Assembly: GCA_965649115.1 (NCBI GenBank)
Contig: CBFGJN010000004.1
Coordinates: 35,821 to 54,310 of the forward strand
Length of the DNA: 18,490 bases
Origin: a candidate division WOR-3 bacterium
GTDB taxonomy: Bacteria; Hydrothermota; Hydrothermia; LBFQ01; DSFT01
Direction: 5' to 3'
In this document: piece by piece, positions 8,457 through 17,198 of the stretch
How the letters are laid out: every line of letters starts with the position of its first letter
How positions within the stretch are numbered: the first letter of the stretch is position 1
Translations under genes and position numbers: made by a program
Notes under the pieces: model-generated
The model's database searches: none
What the model was told of the DNA's origin: nothing
What the model saw: only the letters and a program-made list of their open reading frames with translations

Positions 8457-8471
8457 GGGGCTTTTGCCCCT
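8456..8471 (+). terminator. Hairpin AGGGGC-TTTT-GCCCCT; copy 2 of the 20-bp direct repeat, abutting the next ATG
   Basis: AATAAGGGGCTTTTGCCCCT 8452-8471 is identical to 5750-5769; no poly-T tail here, so terminator function is uncertain. Confidence 0.5.
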
Positions 8472-9239
8472 ATGAAAATTATTGAAAAATTACAAGATGG
8501 TTCAGATAGGATTTTTTATAGAGTTTTAATAAAAAATAAAACTTATATCCTTCTAAAAGAAACAAAATTATTTAGATTTAGGAATTATTTAAAAGTCGCT
8601 AATTTTCTTAAAAATTTAGCTCCTAAAATTTATGATTATGATGAAGAAAAGCTTGAAATTTTAATGGAGGATTTAGGAGATTTAAGTCTGTTTCAATACA
8701 TCAGAAGAAATAGAAGCTATAAAATCTATTATAGTGTAATTTCGGTTTTGAAGGAAATGGAAAGTGTAAATGAAAGCTTACCTACATTTGATATTGAACA
8801 TTTGAAATATGAATTAGATTATTTTTTAGATTTTAATCCTCAATATGAGAGTTTAAGAGATATTTTATATAAAAATGCAGAGGACATTTCAAAGTTTAAA
8901 TATGTTTTTATGCATAGGGATTTTCAGTCAAGAAATATAATAATAAATGATAGTAAAGTAAGAATTATAGATTTTCAAAATGCTCATATTGGACCAAAGG
9001 GTTATGACCTTGTAAGTCTTTTAATAGATCCATATGTAAATTTGAATAATGAAATTATATTAGATTTACTTAAATTTTATAAAGAGATAAATGAAGAAGA
9101 ATTTTTAAAAATTTCAATTCAAAGAATATCACAAGTTTGTGCTGCTTTTAAGAAACTTTCAATAAATAAACCTTTTTTTAAGGAATTTATTCCAATTGCA
9201 ATTAATAAGTTTGAAAATTTTATTAGATATATAGTTTAA
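8472..9239 (+). CDS. APH-family phosphotransferase, AmgK-like anomeric MurNAc/GlcNAc kinase
   Basis: DGSDRIFYRV, LMEDLGD, HRDFQSRNI, IIDFQNA..GP.GYDLVSLL.D motifs. Confidence 0.85.
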   Translation: MKIIEKLQDGSDRIFYRVLIKNKTYILLKETKLFRFRNYLKVANFLKNLAPKIYDYDEEKLEILMEDLGDLSLFQYIRRNRSYKIYYSVISVLKEMESVNESLPTFDIEHLKYELDYFLDFNPQYESLRDILYKNAEDISKFKYVFMHRDFQSRNIIINDSKVRIIDFQNAHIGPKGYDLVSLLIDPYVNLNNEIILDLLKFYKEINEEEFLKISIQRISQVCAAFKKLSINKPFFKEFIPIAINKFENFIRYIV

Positions 9240-9275
9240 GCAGTTAAAAAGACCCTTTTATTTTATGTGGGTTAT

Positions 9276-9374
9276 TGTTTTGTCCAATAAATAAATCAGA
9301 ATCAATAACTTATGAAAATTTTTTAAAACTCATTTATTTTATATTGGGGTTTAATATAGGAGGCTGTGCCTCCT
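9276..9374 (+). mobile_element. MITE-like element copy 4 (left part)
   Basis: Left TIR TGTTTTGTCCAATAA 9276-9290, AATCAATAACTTA 9300-9312, GGGGTTT, hairpin AGGAGGC-TGT-GCCTCCT 9358-9374; colinear with 18375-18480. Confidence 0.7.
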
Positions 9375-9389
9375 TACGCGTAGCCTTTT
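9358..9389. terminator. Putative terminator hairpin(s) between convergent genes
   Basis: AGGAGGC/GCCTCCT stem, or alternatively AGGCTGTGC/GCGTAGCCT (9361-9386, with G:U pairs) followed by TTT. Confidence 0.45.
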
Positions 9390-9392
9390 GAT

Positions 9393-9773
9393 TTAATTAT
9401 TGTTTAAAAAGGCGATTTTGTTTAAAATTTCTTCAAAATTTTTTACTTTAAGTTCTATTGCTATCTCATTATTTGGAATTTTTTCATCTTTTAGTTTTAT
9501 TATGTAGGTTTCATATTTTAAAATTCTTGAAAATTTTATAAATTTTTCAATGTTAAATCCAATTGTTAATATAATTAATCCTGAAAGCTTGTTTTCTCTA
9601 ACAATTTTATCTAATTCAAAAAAGGACTTATATGGAAATTTATGTTCGTAAATTAGAAATTTCAAAATTTTGTTTTCATCTTTAATCTCACAAATTTCAT
9701 CTTGTAAATTTAACATTTTTTTGAAGTCTTCAAGCTCAAATATATCCTTAAATAAAATTATAAAACATTTCAT
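9393..9773 (-). CDS. Hypothetical protein
   Basis: 126-aa ORF with ATGA overlap on the upstream regulator's stop; amino-acid composition like its neighbours; no recognised motif. Confidence 0.65.
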   Translation of the reverse strand: MKCFIILFKDIFELEDFKKMLNLQDEICEIKDENKILKFLIYEHKFPYKSFFELDKIVRENKLSGLIILTIGFNIEKFIKFSRILKYETYIIKLKDEKIPNNEIAIELKVKNFEEILNKIAFLNNN

Positions 9774-10435
9774 AATTTTTTAACCTTTATGAGTTTTGAT
9801 ATTTCTAGACTTAAAATGACTTCCTTTTCTAAAAGAATTTTCATATAACCTGCAATTTCATTCTTTTCAATAACCTTACCTTTATTATTTGGAACAATGG
9901 AGTTTTCAAATAGAAACTTCGTTAGTTTATTGTCATTATCAGGAATTTCAACAACTATAAAACTGTCACCACTTGATAGCTCCGGTAATAATAAGCATTC
10001 TGTTTTTGGTAAATTTCCTTTTTCATCGGGAATTGGATGACCATGAGGATCAAACTTTGGCTTTCCAAGAAATTCATAAATTGCTTTTGCTAAATCACTT
10101 GATATATAATGCTCAAGATTTTCAGCTTCAGAATGTAATTTTTCATAATCATAACCCAAGCTTTTTAATAAATATAATTCAATTAGTCTATGGTGCCTTA
10201 TTACTTCAAGAGCTATTTTTTTTCCAATTTCAGTTAATTTGATGTCAGAATATCTTTCATGTTTAACAAGTCCTTTTTGTTCTAATCTCTCTACCATTTC
10301 ACTTACAGAGGAGGGTTTTGTTCCTATTCGTTTTGATAGTTCAACAATACTACATTTCCCTTTTTCCTCAATTTCATAATATATATTCTTTAAATAATCT
10401 TCCATCACAGGCGTTAATTTTAGTTTCTCTTTCAT
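9770..10435 (-). CDS. DtxR/MntR family metal-dependent transcriptional regulator with FeoA-like C-terminal domain
   Basis: EDYLKNIY, SVSEMVERL, LTEIG...A..VIRHHRLIELYL, EAENLEH, PKFDPHGHPIP. Confidence 0.95.
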   Translation of the reverse strand: MKEKLKLTPVMEDYLKNIYYEIEEKGKCSIVELSKRIGTKPSSVSEMVERLEQKGLVKHERYSDIKLTEIGKKIALEVIRHHRLIELYLLKSLGYDYEKLHSEAENLEHYISSDLAKAIYEFLGKPKFDPHGHPIPDEKGNLPKTECLLLPELSSGDSFIVVEIPDNDNKLTKFLFENSIVPNNKGKVIEKNEIAGYMKILLEKEVILSLEISKLIKVKKL

Positions 10436-11382
10436 AATCCTAAAACTTTTCTGAAATAATCTATTGTTTTTCTTAAACCTTCTTTTAATGGAACTTTTGG
10501 TTCCCAGTTTAATAATTTTTTTGCTTTTGATATATTTGGTCTTCTTTTTCTTGGGTCGTCTTCAAGTGGTGGTAAAAATTCAAAGCCTTTGGTTTGTGGT
10601 AAAATATCTTTTATGATATTAGCAAGTTCTAAAATTGTAAATTCTGATGGATTTCCGAGATTAATAACTTCTCCATTTAATTTATCATATGTAGAAACTC
10701 TAAAAATTCCTTCAACTAAATCATCAACATAACAAAAACTTCTTGTTTGAGAACCATCTCCATAAATTGTTAGTTTTTCACCTTTTAAAGCTTGAACTAT
10801 AAAGTTTGATATTACTCTCCCATCATTTATCCTCATCCTTGGTCCATATGTATTGAAAATTCTAATAATTCTAACATCTAAATTATAACTTCTGTAATAT
10901 GCCATACTTATAGCTTCTGAAAATCTCTTTCCTTCATCATAAACACTTCTTGGTCCTATTGGATTTACATTCCCCCAATAGTTTTCATCTTGTGGATGAA
11001 CAAGAGGGTCTCCATAAACTTCACTTGTTGAAGCTAAAACGAATCTACTATTGAATTTTTTTGCTATATCAAGGCAATTTTTTGTTCCTATGGAATTTAC
11101 CATCATTGTTTCAATTTTATATTTATAATAATCAGCAGGACTTGCAGGTGATGCAAAGTGTAAGATAATGTCTGGTTTAAAACCATTTAGATGGCTTTCA
11201 TTTAATAAACAAACATCTAATTCTATAAATTTAAAATTTTTATTTTCAATTAAGTGTTCTATGTTTTTAAAACTTGATGTCAAAAAGTTGTCAATTCCTA
11301 AAACTTCAAATCCTTCTTTTAAAAATTTTTCACATAAGAAAGAACCCAAAAAACCACTTGCACCTGTAATCATAACCTTCAT
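10432..11382 (-). CDS. UDP-glucuronate decarboxylase-like NAD-dependent epimerase/dehydratase (SDR)
   Basis: ITGASGFLGS, HFASPASP, ASTSEVYGDP..HPQ.E.YWGNVNPIGPRSVYDEGKR, RIFNTYGPRM, GDGSQTRSFCYVDD, DDPRKRRP. Start moved to ATG 11382 (MKVMITG) because the longer ORF runs into the repeat. Confidence 0.93.
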   Translation of the reverse strand: MKVMITGASGFLGSFLCEKFLKEGFEVLGIDNFLTSSFKNIEHLIENKNFKFIELDVCLLNESHLNGFKPDIILHFASPASPADYYKYKIETMMVNSIGTKNCLDIAKKFNSRFVLASTSEVYGDPLVHPQDENYWGNVNPIGPRSVYDEGKRFSEAISMAYYRSYNLDVRIIRIFNTYGPRMRINDGRVISNFIVQALKGEKLTIYGDGSQTRSFCYVDDLVEGIFRVSTYDKLNGEVINLGNPSEFTILELANIIKDILPQTKGFEFLPPLEDDPRKRRPNISKAKKLLNWEPKVPLKEGLRKTIDYFRKVLGL

Positions 11383-11426
11383 ATCGTAATTTTTGATAAT
11401 TTTAAAGTAAAGGTTAGTAATGAATT

Positions 11427-11479
11427 TGCTGTGTTTAGTAATTCTGAAATTTTTTACTTTTCTATTTTTCCCCACCCAC
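11427..11479 (-). mobile_element. MITE-like element copy 5 (right-end fragment, inverted)
   Basis: Reverse complement GTGGGTGGGGAAAAATAGAAAAGTAAAAAATTTCAGAATTACTAAACACAGCA matches 15146-15199. Confidence 0.75.
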
Positions 11480-11510
11480 AGTTAGCAATTTGCTTTAAAA
11501 TTTTAATACT

Positions 11511-12053
11511 ATGTTTTTGATCATTTCATTTTATCAGATAAACATATCTGATGTTGAAGTAAAGTATAAAGTAAATGAGAAACTTGTTCAAGTTGGAAAG
11601 ACTACTGCTATTGGAAGAACAAAATCAATAAGTGGTAAAATTTTTCTAAATTCTGATAATTCTTTTGATACATCTTCCATAATTAAAGTAGATTTATCAA
11701 CACTAAAAAGCGATCAAGAAAGAAGAGATAGATATATAAAAACGAGAACACTTGAAGTTGATAGATATCCTTTTGCTGAATTTTATCCTCAAAGAATTGA
11801 AGGAATTAAAGAAATTAAAGATGGAAATTACGATGTAAAAATTTATGGAAAATTAAAAATAAAAGATGTTATTAAGAATATCGTTTGGAGTGGGAAAATT
11901 CAAATAAAAAATAATAAAGCAAATGTTTTATTAAAAACTGAATTTCCTTTTGATTACTTTAATTTACAAAAACCAAAAGTTCCTGTTGTTATTGAAATTG
12001 ATGACCCGATAGTTTTAGAAGTTGAAGGTATTTTTGATATTAAAAAAGATTAA
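11511..12053 (+). CDS. YceI family protein
   Basis: VKYKVNE....AIGRTKSISG, VDLSTLKSDQERRDRYI....LEVDRYPFAEF, GKLKIKDV, F.LQKP. Confidence 0.88.
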   Translation: MFLIISFYQINISDVEVKYKVNEKLVQVGKTTAIGRTKSISGKIFLNSDNSFDTSSIIKVDLSTLKSDQERRDRYIKTRTLEVDRYPFAEFYPQRIEGIKEIKDGNYDVKIYGKLKIKDVIKNIVWSGKIQIKNNKANVLLKTEFPFDYFNLQKPKVPVVIEIDDPIVLEVEGIFDIKKD

Positions 12054-12063
12054 TTAAAGGGAG

Positions 12064-12906
12064 GTGGAACCTATGGTCTTAGTTAGTACAGAGTGGTTAT
12101 ATGAGAATTTAGATAATGAAAATGTTAGAATTCTTGAATGTTCAGAAGATGAGTTATCTTATGATGAATCGCATATTCCTAATGCTCTTAAAGTGTCTTG
12201 GCAAAATGATTTAAGAAGTAAGGAATGGAGAGATTTTTTATCAAAAGAAGAATTTGAAAAACTTATGTCAAAACTTGGAATAACTAACAAAACAAAAGTT
12301 ATTTTATACGGTGATAAAGCGAACTGGTTTGCATGTGCGGCATTCTGGGTTTTCAGATATTATGGACATGAAGAATTATATATCCTTGATGGTGGAAAGA
12401 AAAAGTGGAAAGATGAAGGAAAGCCTATTACTAGCGAAATAATTAAAGTAGATAGAACAATATATAAAGCAAAAGATAGAGATGAAAGCATTAGAGCATA
12501 TTTATATGAAATTAAAAAATCACTTGCTGAAAATAGAAAGGACTTTATATTAGTGGATATTCGCTCTCCTATGGAATATTCGGGAGAAATTATAAGTGTT
12601 TTGGCAGAAGAAAGTGCTTATATTGGAGGTCATATTCCTGGTGCAGTTAACATCCCATGGAATGAAAATGTTAATCAGGACTGGACATTCAAAAGTGTAA
12701 AGGAACTTAAAGAATTATATGAATCAAAAGGTGTTACACCTGATAAAGAAGTAATAGTATATTGTAGAATTGGAGAAAGAAGTGCTATAAATTGGTTTGT
12801 ATTAAAGGAAATCCTTAAATATCCGAGAGTTAAGAATTATGATGGTTCTTGGACGGAATGGGGAAATAGTGTAAGGACGAGAATAAAAAGGGGTTATGAA
12901 CCATGA
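12064..12906 (+). CDS. Thiosulfate sulfurtransferase (tandem rhodanese, TssA/CysA type)
   Basis: LVSTEWL, HIPNA, LYGDKANWFA, LDGG, GHIPGAVNIPW, active loop YCRIGERS, NYDGSWTEWG; GTG start with SD AAGGGAG. Confidence 0.95.
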   Translation: MEPMVLVSTEWLYENLDNENVRILECSEDELSYDESHIPNALKVSWQNDLRSKEWRDFLSKEEFEKLMSKLGITNKTKVILYGDKANWFACAAFWVFRYYGHEELYILDGGKKKWKDEGKPITSEIIKVDRTIYKAKDRDESIRAYLYEIKKSLAENRKDFILVDIRSPMEYSGEIISVLAEESAYIGGHIPGAVNIPWNENVNQDWTFKSVKELKELYESKGVTPDKEVIVYCRIGERSAINWFVLKEILKYPRVKNYDGSWTEWGNSVRTRIKRGYEP

Positions 12907-13529
12907 AGATATTAGCAATTGAACTTGCCAAAGTTTTAGCAAATAAAGAGACAGGATTATTTGTATTTCAAAATAAAGATGGTGGTGTAATTAGAGTTTT
13001 TTTGAAAAATGGAGAAATCGTTGGAATAGATGGAACTTATGGTGAAAATGTAAATGAACTTGGAAGATTGTTCTTATGGGAGGGAGAAGTTATAAAAAAG
13101 CCATTACCAAAAGACTTTAAATCAGATAAAAAATATGAAATTCCTGGATTTTATAAAGTTTTAGTATGGAAAATTATTGATAGTCAAAAGGAAACAAGGT
13201 ACGATATAAATTTTGAAAAATTAAAACAAAAAATTAGTGAAGCCTTTACATTAATTGACTTTAAAATTGAAAAGGGTTTGTTTTATGATTTCTCTGAAAT
13301 TTTGAATTTAGTTAAAAAATATACTTCAAAAAATGTAGTAATAGTTAATGAGGATTTTATAGCATTTTTTGATAATAATCAAGTTATTGGTATATTTTCA
13401 AGATGGGGATTTATAGATTATCAAAAAGCACTACAATTATCCAAGGAAAATTTTTATGAATGGAAAATTTATATGTTTCCAGAAAGTGATTTTGAAAAAC
13501 TTCTTAAAGAACTGAATTTAAATGATTAG
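12903..13529 (+). CDS. Hypothetical protein (N-terminus reminiscent of DUF4388/PATAN-like fold)
   Basis: Translationally coupled on both sides; KETGLFVF...IRVFLKNGEIV...LFLWEG resembles DUF4388 (weak). Confidence 0.7.
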   Translation: MKILAIELAKVLANKETGLFVFQNKDGGVIRVFLKNGEIVGIDGTYGENVNELGRLFLWEGEVIKKPLPKDFKSDKKYEIPGFYKVLVWKIIDSQKETRYDINFEKLKQKISEAFTLIDFKIEKGLFYDFSEILNLVKKYTSKNVVIVNEDFIAFFDNNQVIGIFSRWGFIDYQKALQLSKENFYEWKIYMFPESDFEKLLKELNLND

Positions 13530-14679
13530 TATATTGCTAATTGGTGATGAATTGCTTGAAGGATTTACAAATGAAAAAAATTTATTTATTATTTCAAATT
13601 TTTTAAGAAGTTTTAGAAAACAACTTCCAAAAAAAGCAATAATTGTAAAAGATAATAAAGAAGAAATTGTAAAAGCGGTTAGGAATTTGTTAGATGAAAA
13701 ACCAAAGGTTATTATAACAACAGGTGGAATTGGTCCTACGGAAGATGATTTAACAATTGAGAGTATTTCTTATGCTTTAAATTTAAATTTAGTAAAAACA
13801 ACATTTGAAACTGAAATTGAAAAATATAAATATGTTATTGATGGCTTTAAATTGATAAAAAATCCAAGGGGAAAAGCACCTGCTCAAATTGGTTATTATC
13901 AAGATGTTCTAATAATTATTCTTCCTGGTGTTCCTTATGAAATTGAAGGATTTTTAAATGAAAGTGAAATTGGAAAAATTTTAATAGATGTTATTGAGGA
14001 AGGTTATGATTTTTTAATTATAAAAACAAATGGGATATATGAGACGAAATTAAGAGAGATTTTACTACCACATTATGAAAAGCTTGGTTTCTTTGGATAT
14101 TTACCAAGAAATGATGGTGTTTATTTAAAATTTAAGGGGAATAAAGAGAAACTTAATGAAATTAAAAGTTTTCTTGATAATTTACTAAAAGATTACATTT
14201 GGGGTTATGATGATGATAGAATTGAAGTGCTTTTAGGAAATTTACTTAAAAGGAACAATTTAAGAATTTCAATAGCTGAAAGTTTTACAGGTGGGAAGGT
14301 TTCAAATTTAATAACAAGTGTTCCTGGTTCTTCAAATTATTTCAAAGGTTCAATTGTTGCTTATAGTAAAGATATTAAGAAGAAAATATTGAATGTTAGG
14401 ACTGAAAATATTTATTCAAAAGATTGTGTTATTGAAATGGCTAAAAATGTTAAAGAATTATTTAATAGTGATATTGGAATTTCAACAAGTGGTGTTGCAG
14501 GACCTGATAAAGATGACAGTGTAGAAGTTGGAACATGCTTTTTTGGAATATCATTTAAAGAAAATTTAGCATTTGAATATAAATTTAGTGGAACAAGAAT
14601 GGCTATTATTGAGAAGGGAGCTTACTTTATTCTTTATAAATTATACAAATGCCTACTGCATAATTTTCAGAGTGACTAA
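13522..14679 (+). CDS. cinA: CinA family protein (molybdopterin-binding domain plus NMN deamidase PncC domain)
   Basis: IGDELLEG, ITTGGIGPTEDDLT, NPRGKAP, LPGVPYE, SIAESFTGG, VPGSSNYF.GSIVAYS, STSGVAGP. Confidence 0.92.
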   Translation: MISILLIGDELLEGFTNEKNLFIISNFLRSFRKQLPKKAIIVKDNKEEIVKAVRNLLDEKPKVIITTGGIGPTEDDLTIESISYALNLNLVKTTFETEIEKYKYVIDGFKLIKNPRGKAPAQIGYYQDVLIIILPGVPYEIEGFLNESEIGKILIDVIEEGYDFLIIKTNGIYETKLREILLPHYEKLGFFGYLPRNDGVYLKFKGNKEKLNEIKSFLDNLLKDYIWGYDDDRIEVLLGNLLKRNNLRISIAESFTGGKVSNLITSVPGSSNYFKGSIVAYSKDIKKKILNVRTENIYSKDCVIEMAKNVKELFNSDIGISTSGVAGPDKDDSVEVGTCFFGISFKENLAFEYKFSGTRMAIIEKGAYFILYKLYKCLLHNFQSD

Positions 14680-14992
14680 TTGATATTTCTATTTTTCTAT
14701 TTCCAAGCATTTCTTTAAGTTTTCCATTTAAAATAACAATTGGCTTTCCTTTATCTATATTTAAAACTTCAATATCTTTAAATGAAAAACCCGAAGTCAT
14801 ACCAATTTCAAGTGCTTTTAAAACAGCTTCTTTTATAGCAAATCTTCCCGCTAAACTATGAAAAGAATTTTTTCTTGAAAAACAATAATTTATTTCATTC
14901 TCTGTAAAAATTCTATTGAGAAATTTAGAACCGAATTTTTCATATAATTTTTTTATTCTTTCAACTTCAACAATATCAATACCAACATTCAT
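14627..14992 (-). CDS. acpS: Holo-[acyl-carrier-protein] synthase
   Basis: VGIDIVEVERI, RIFTENE, LAGRFAIKEAVLKAL, GKP, ISISHS. Confidence 0.96.
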   Translation of the reverse strand: MNVGIDIVEVERIKKLYEKFGSKFLNRIFTENEINYCFSRKNSFHSLAGRFAIKEAVLKALEIGMTSGFSFKDIEVLNIDKGKPIVILNGKLKEMLGNRKIEISISHSENYAVGICIIYKE

Positions 14993-15015
14993 AATTTAAA
15001 ATTTTAAAGGACTTT

Positions 15016-15199
15016 AAATGTCCAAATTATCAATAATTTATAAAAGCTTTAAGGAAATTGTTGATTTAATTGGGGGTTAAGGGGGGCGCGTTAGCCCCCC
15101 ACAGCCTAAAAATGGGCATTTTAAAGCCGAAGGCTTAAATTTAGGGTGGGTGGGAAAAATATAGAAAAATATATTTTTTCAGAATTACTAGACAAAGCA
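15016..15199 (+). mobile_element. MITE-like element copy 6 (left TIR missing)
   Basis: TATCAATAATTTA 15028-15040, GGGGGGC-GCGTTA-GCCCCCC 15081-15100, GGG 15114-15116, AAGCC-GAA-GGCTT 15124-15136, GGGTGGGTGGG 15144-15154, right TIR TTACTAGACAAAGCA 15185-15199. Confidence 0.8.
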
Positions 15200-15242
15200 G
15201 TATATTCCATATTTTATCCTTTAAACTTTTAAAACTATAATT

Positions 15243-16427
15243 ATGATTGTGCTTTCGGGAATGAGACCAACAGGAAAATTACATTTGGGTCATCTTGTTG
15301 GTGTTCTAGAAAATTGGAAAAAATTACAAGAAAAGTATCAATGTTATTTTTTTATTGCTGACTTTCATGCTTTGACTGATGACCCTAAAATTGCTTTTGA
15401 AATTAGAAATAATACAATAGAAGTAGTTAAAGATTGGTTAAGTGTAGGTATTGAACCTAATAAAAGTATATTATTTATTCAATCAAAAATTAAAGAGCAT
15501 TCTGAGCTTCATTTAATTTTATCTATGCTTGTTTCATTAAGTAGATTATTTAGAAATCCAACATATAAGGAAAAAGTTGAAGAATTAAGAAAAAAGGGCA
15601 TTGAAACGAAAATTAACTTAAAAATTGATGATGAAAAAATTGATGAAACAATAAAGTTAAATGTTGAATTTGTAGTTAATATCTTTGAAAATGAAAAAAA
15701 TTTAGAAAAAATAAAAGACCAAATATATAGAAAATTAAAAAGTGATATTCTTGGAATTATTAGAGAGACAATTGAAAATTCTATTGAATTTGATGAAATT
15801 TCAACAAATGCTGAAATTAGTTATGGATTTCTTGGTTATCCTGTTTTACAATCAGCAGATATTCTAATTTATAGAGCAAATTTTGTTCCCATTGGTCAAG
15901 ATCAAGTTCCTCATTTAGAATTGACAAGAGAATTAGCAAAGAAATTTAATAGTTTATTTAAGGAAATTTTTCCAATTCCAGAACCTCTTCTAACTGAGTT
16001 TCCAAAAGTTTTAGGAATCGATGGAAGAAAAATGAGTAAAAGTTATAATAATGCAGTTTATATTTCAGACGATAGCCAAACACTAAAAGATAAAATTAGA
16101 AATTACTTTACAGACCCACAAAAAATTAGAAAAAATGACCCAGGAAGACCTGATATTTGTCCAATATATTATTTACAAAAGATATTTAATAATGAGGAAA
16201 AAGAGGAAATTTATAAGGATTGTTCAACTGGAAAGCTTGGTTGTGTTGATTGTAAAATGAAATTGTTTAATAAGCTTGATAAATTTTTAGAACCAATTAG
16301 GGAAAGAAGAAATTTAATAAAAGATGATGAAGTTATTGATATATTAAATGATGGCTCAAATAAGGCAAAATTAAGAGCCCAAGAAACGATGAATTTAGTT
16401 TATGATGCTATGAATTTTAAGTTTTGA
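15243..16427 (+). CDS. trpS: Tryptophan--tRNA ligase with ~70-aa insertion
   Basis: SGMRPTGKLHLGH (HIGH), GYPVLQSADIL, VPIGQDQVPHLELTRE, KMSKS, TDP. Confidence 0.97.
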   Translation: MIVLSGMRPTGKLHLGHLVGVLENWKKLQEKYQCYFFIADFHALTDDPKIAFEIRNNTIEVVKDWLSVGIEPNKSILFIQSKIKEHSELHLILSMLVSLSRLFRNPTYKEKVEELRKKGIETKINLKIDDEKIDETIKLNVEFVVNIFENEKNLEKIKDQIYRKLKSDILGIIRETIENSIEFDEISTNAEISYGFLGYPVLQSADILIYRANFVPIGQDQVPHLELTRELAKKFNSLFKEIFPIPEPLLTEFPKVLGIDGRKMSKSYNNAVYISDDSQTLKDKIRNYFTDPQKIRKNDPGRPDICPIYYLQKIFNNEEKEEIYKDCSTGKLGCVDCKMKLFNKLDKFLEPIRERRNLIKDDEVIDILNDGSNKAKLRAQETMNLVYDAMNFKF

Positions 16428-17158
16428 TGATTATTTATGGTAAGAATGTCATTTTATGTGCTTTAAATTCTAAATTTAAAATTTCAAAAGTTTTAATCTA
16501 TGAAAATTTAAGAGATAAGGATAAGTTCATTCAACTTTGCAAATCCAAAAATGTTCCTTATGAACTTGTTAGTAAATTTAGATTAGAACAATTAGTTAAG
16601 GAGGATAATCATCAAGGATTATGTGCTTACTTTGAAGATGAAATTCAAATTAAAGTTCAAGATAACATAAATAATTTTATAAAAAGCAAAGAAAATAAAA
16701 TAATTTTGATAATTGATAGAATTCAAGACCCTCATAATTTTGGCTCAATCATAAGAACTGCTCAAATTCTAAATGTTAATAACATTATTTCAACATATAC
16801 TCAATCTGTAAAAATAACACCAAGTGTTATAAAAGCTTCTGCTGGTGCTATATTTTATATAAACTTTTCATATTCAGATAATCTCAAAAGGATTATTCAA
16901 ATTTTAAAAGAAAATCAAGTGAGAATTTATTCACTTGAAAGGAATGGTGAGTATATTGAGAATGTTAGTATAGGAAGTGAAAAAATTGCCCTTATAGTGG
17001 GCTCGGAACATTATGGAATAAGAAGTTCATTAATTCAATTATCCGAAAAAATTTTAACTTTAAGGACCTACAACAATCAAATTAATTCATATAATGTTTC
17101 AAATGCAGTTTCAATTGCACTTTATATATTGACAGTAAAAAGTTTAAAGTTAAATTAA
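16427..17158 (+). CDS. rlmB: SpoU/TrmH family RNA 2'-O-methyltransferase, 23S rRNA G2251 RlmB-like
   Basis: IYGKN, NHQG, DRIQDPHNFGSIIRTA, KASAGA, IVGSEHYGI, INSYNVSNA; ATG 16427 overlaps the trpS TGA. Confidence 0.8.
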   Translation: MIIYGKNVILCALNSKFKISKVLIYENLRDKDKFIQLCKSKNVPYELVSKFRLEQLVKEDNHQGLCAYFEDEIQIKVQDNINNFIKSKENKIILIIDRIQDPHNFGSIIRTAQILNVNNIISTYTQSVKITPSVIKASAGAIFYINFSYSDNLKRIIQILKENQVRIYSLERNGEYIENVSIGSEKIALIVGSEHYGIRSSLIQLSEKILTLRTYNNQINSYNVSNAVSIALYILTVKSLKLN

Positions 17159-17167
17159 AGATGTCTA

Positions 17168-17198
17168 TAATGCCCGTTTTTTGGCAGTGGGGGGCTAA
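17168..17198 (-). mobile_element. MITE-like element copy 7 (internal fragment, inverted)
   Basis: Reverse complement TTAGCCCCCCACTGCCAAAAAACGGGCATTA matches 15091-15121 TTAGCCCCCCACAGCCTAAAAATGGGCATTT. Confidence 0.65.

Noticed and set aside
9973..10242. 89-aa plus-strand ORF
   Set aside because: Antisense to the DtxR/MntR gene.
11168..11389. 73-aa plus-strand ORF
   Set aside because: Antisense to the SDR gene.
11383..11475. 31-aa N-terminal extension of the SDR ORF
   Set aside because: Derives from the inverted element fragment and promoter region; the family starts at MKVMITG.
15016..15242. T-box riboswitch upstream of trpS
   Set aside because: The region is accounted for by element copy 6; no T-box antiterminator motif (GGTGGNACCGCG) is seen.
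15594..15806. Intein in trpS
   Set aside because: Too short and lacks a Cys/Ser start with His-Asn end motifs.
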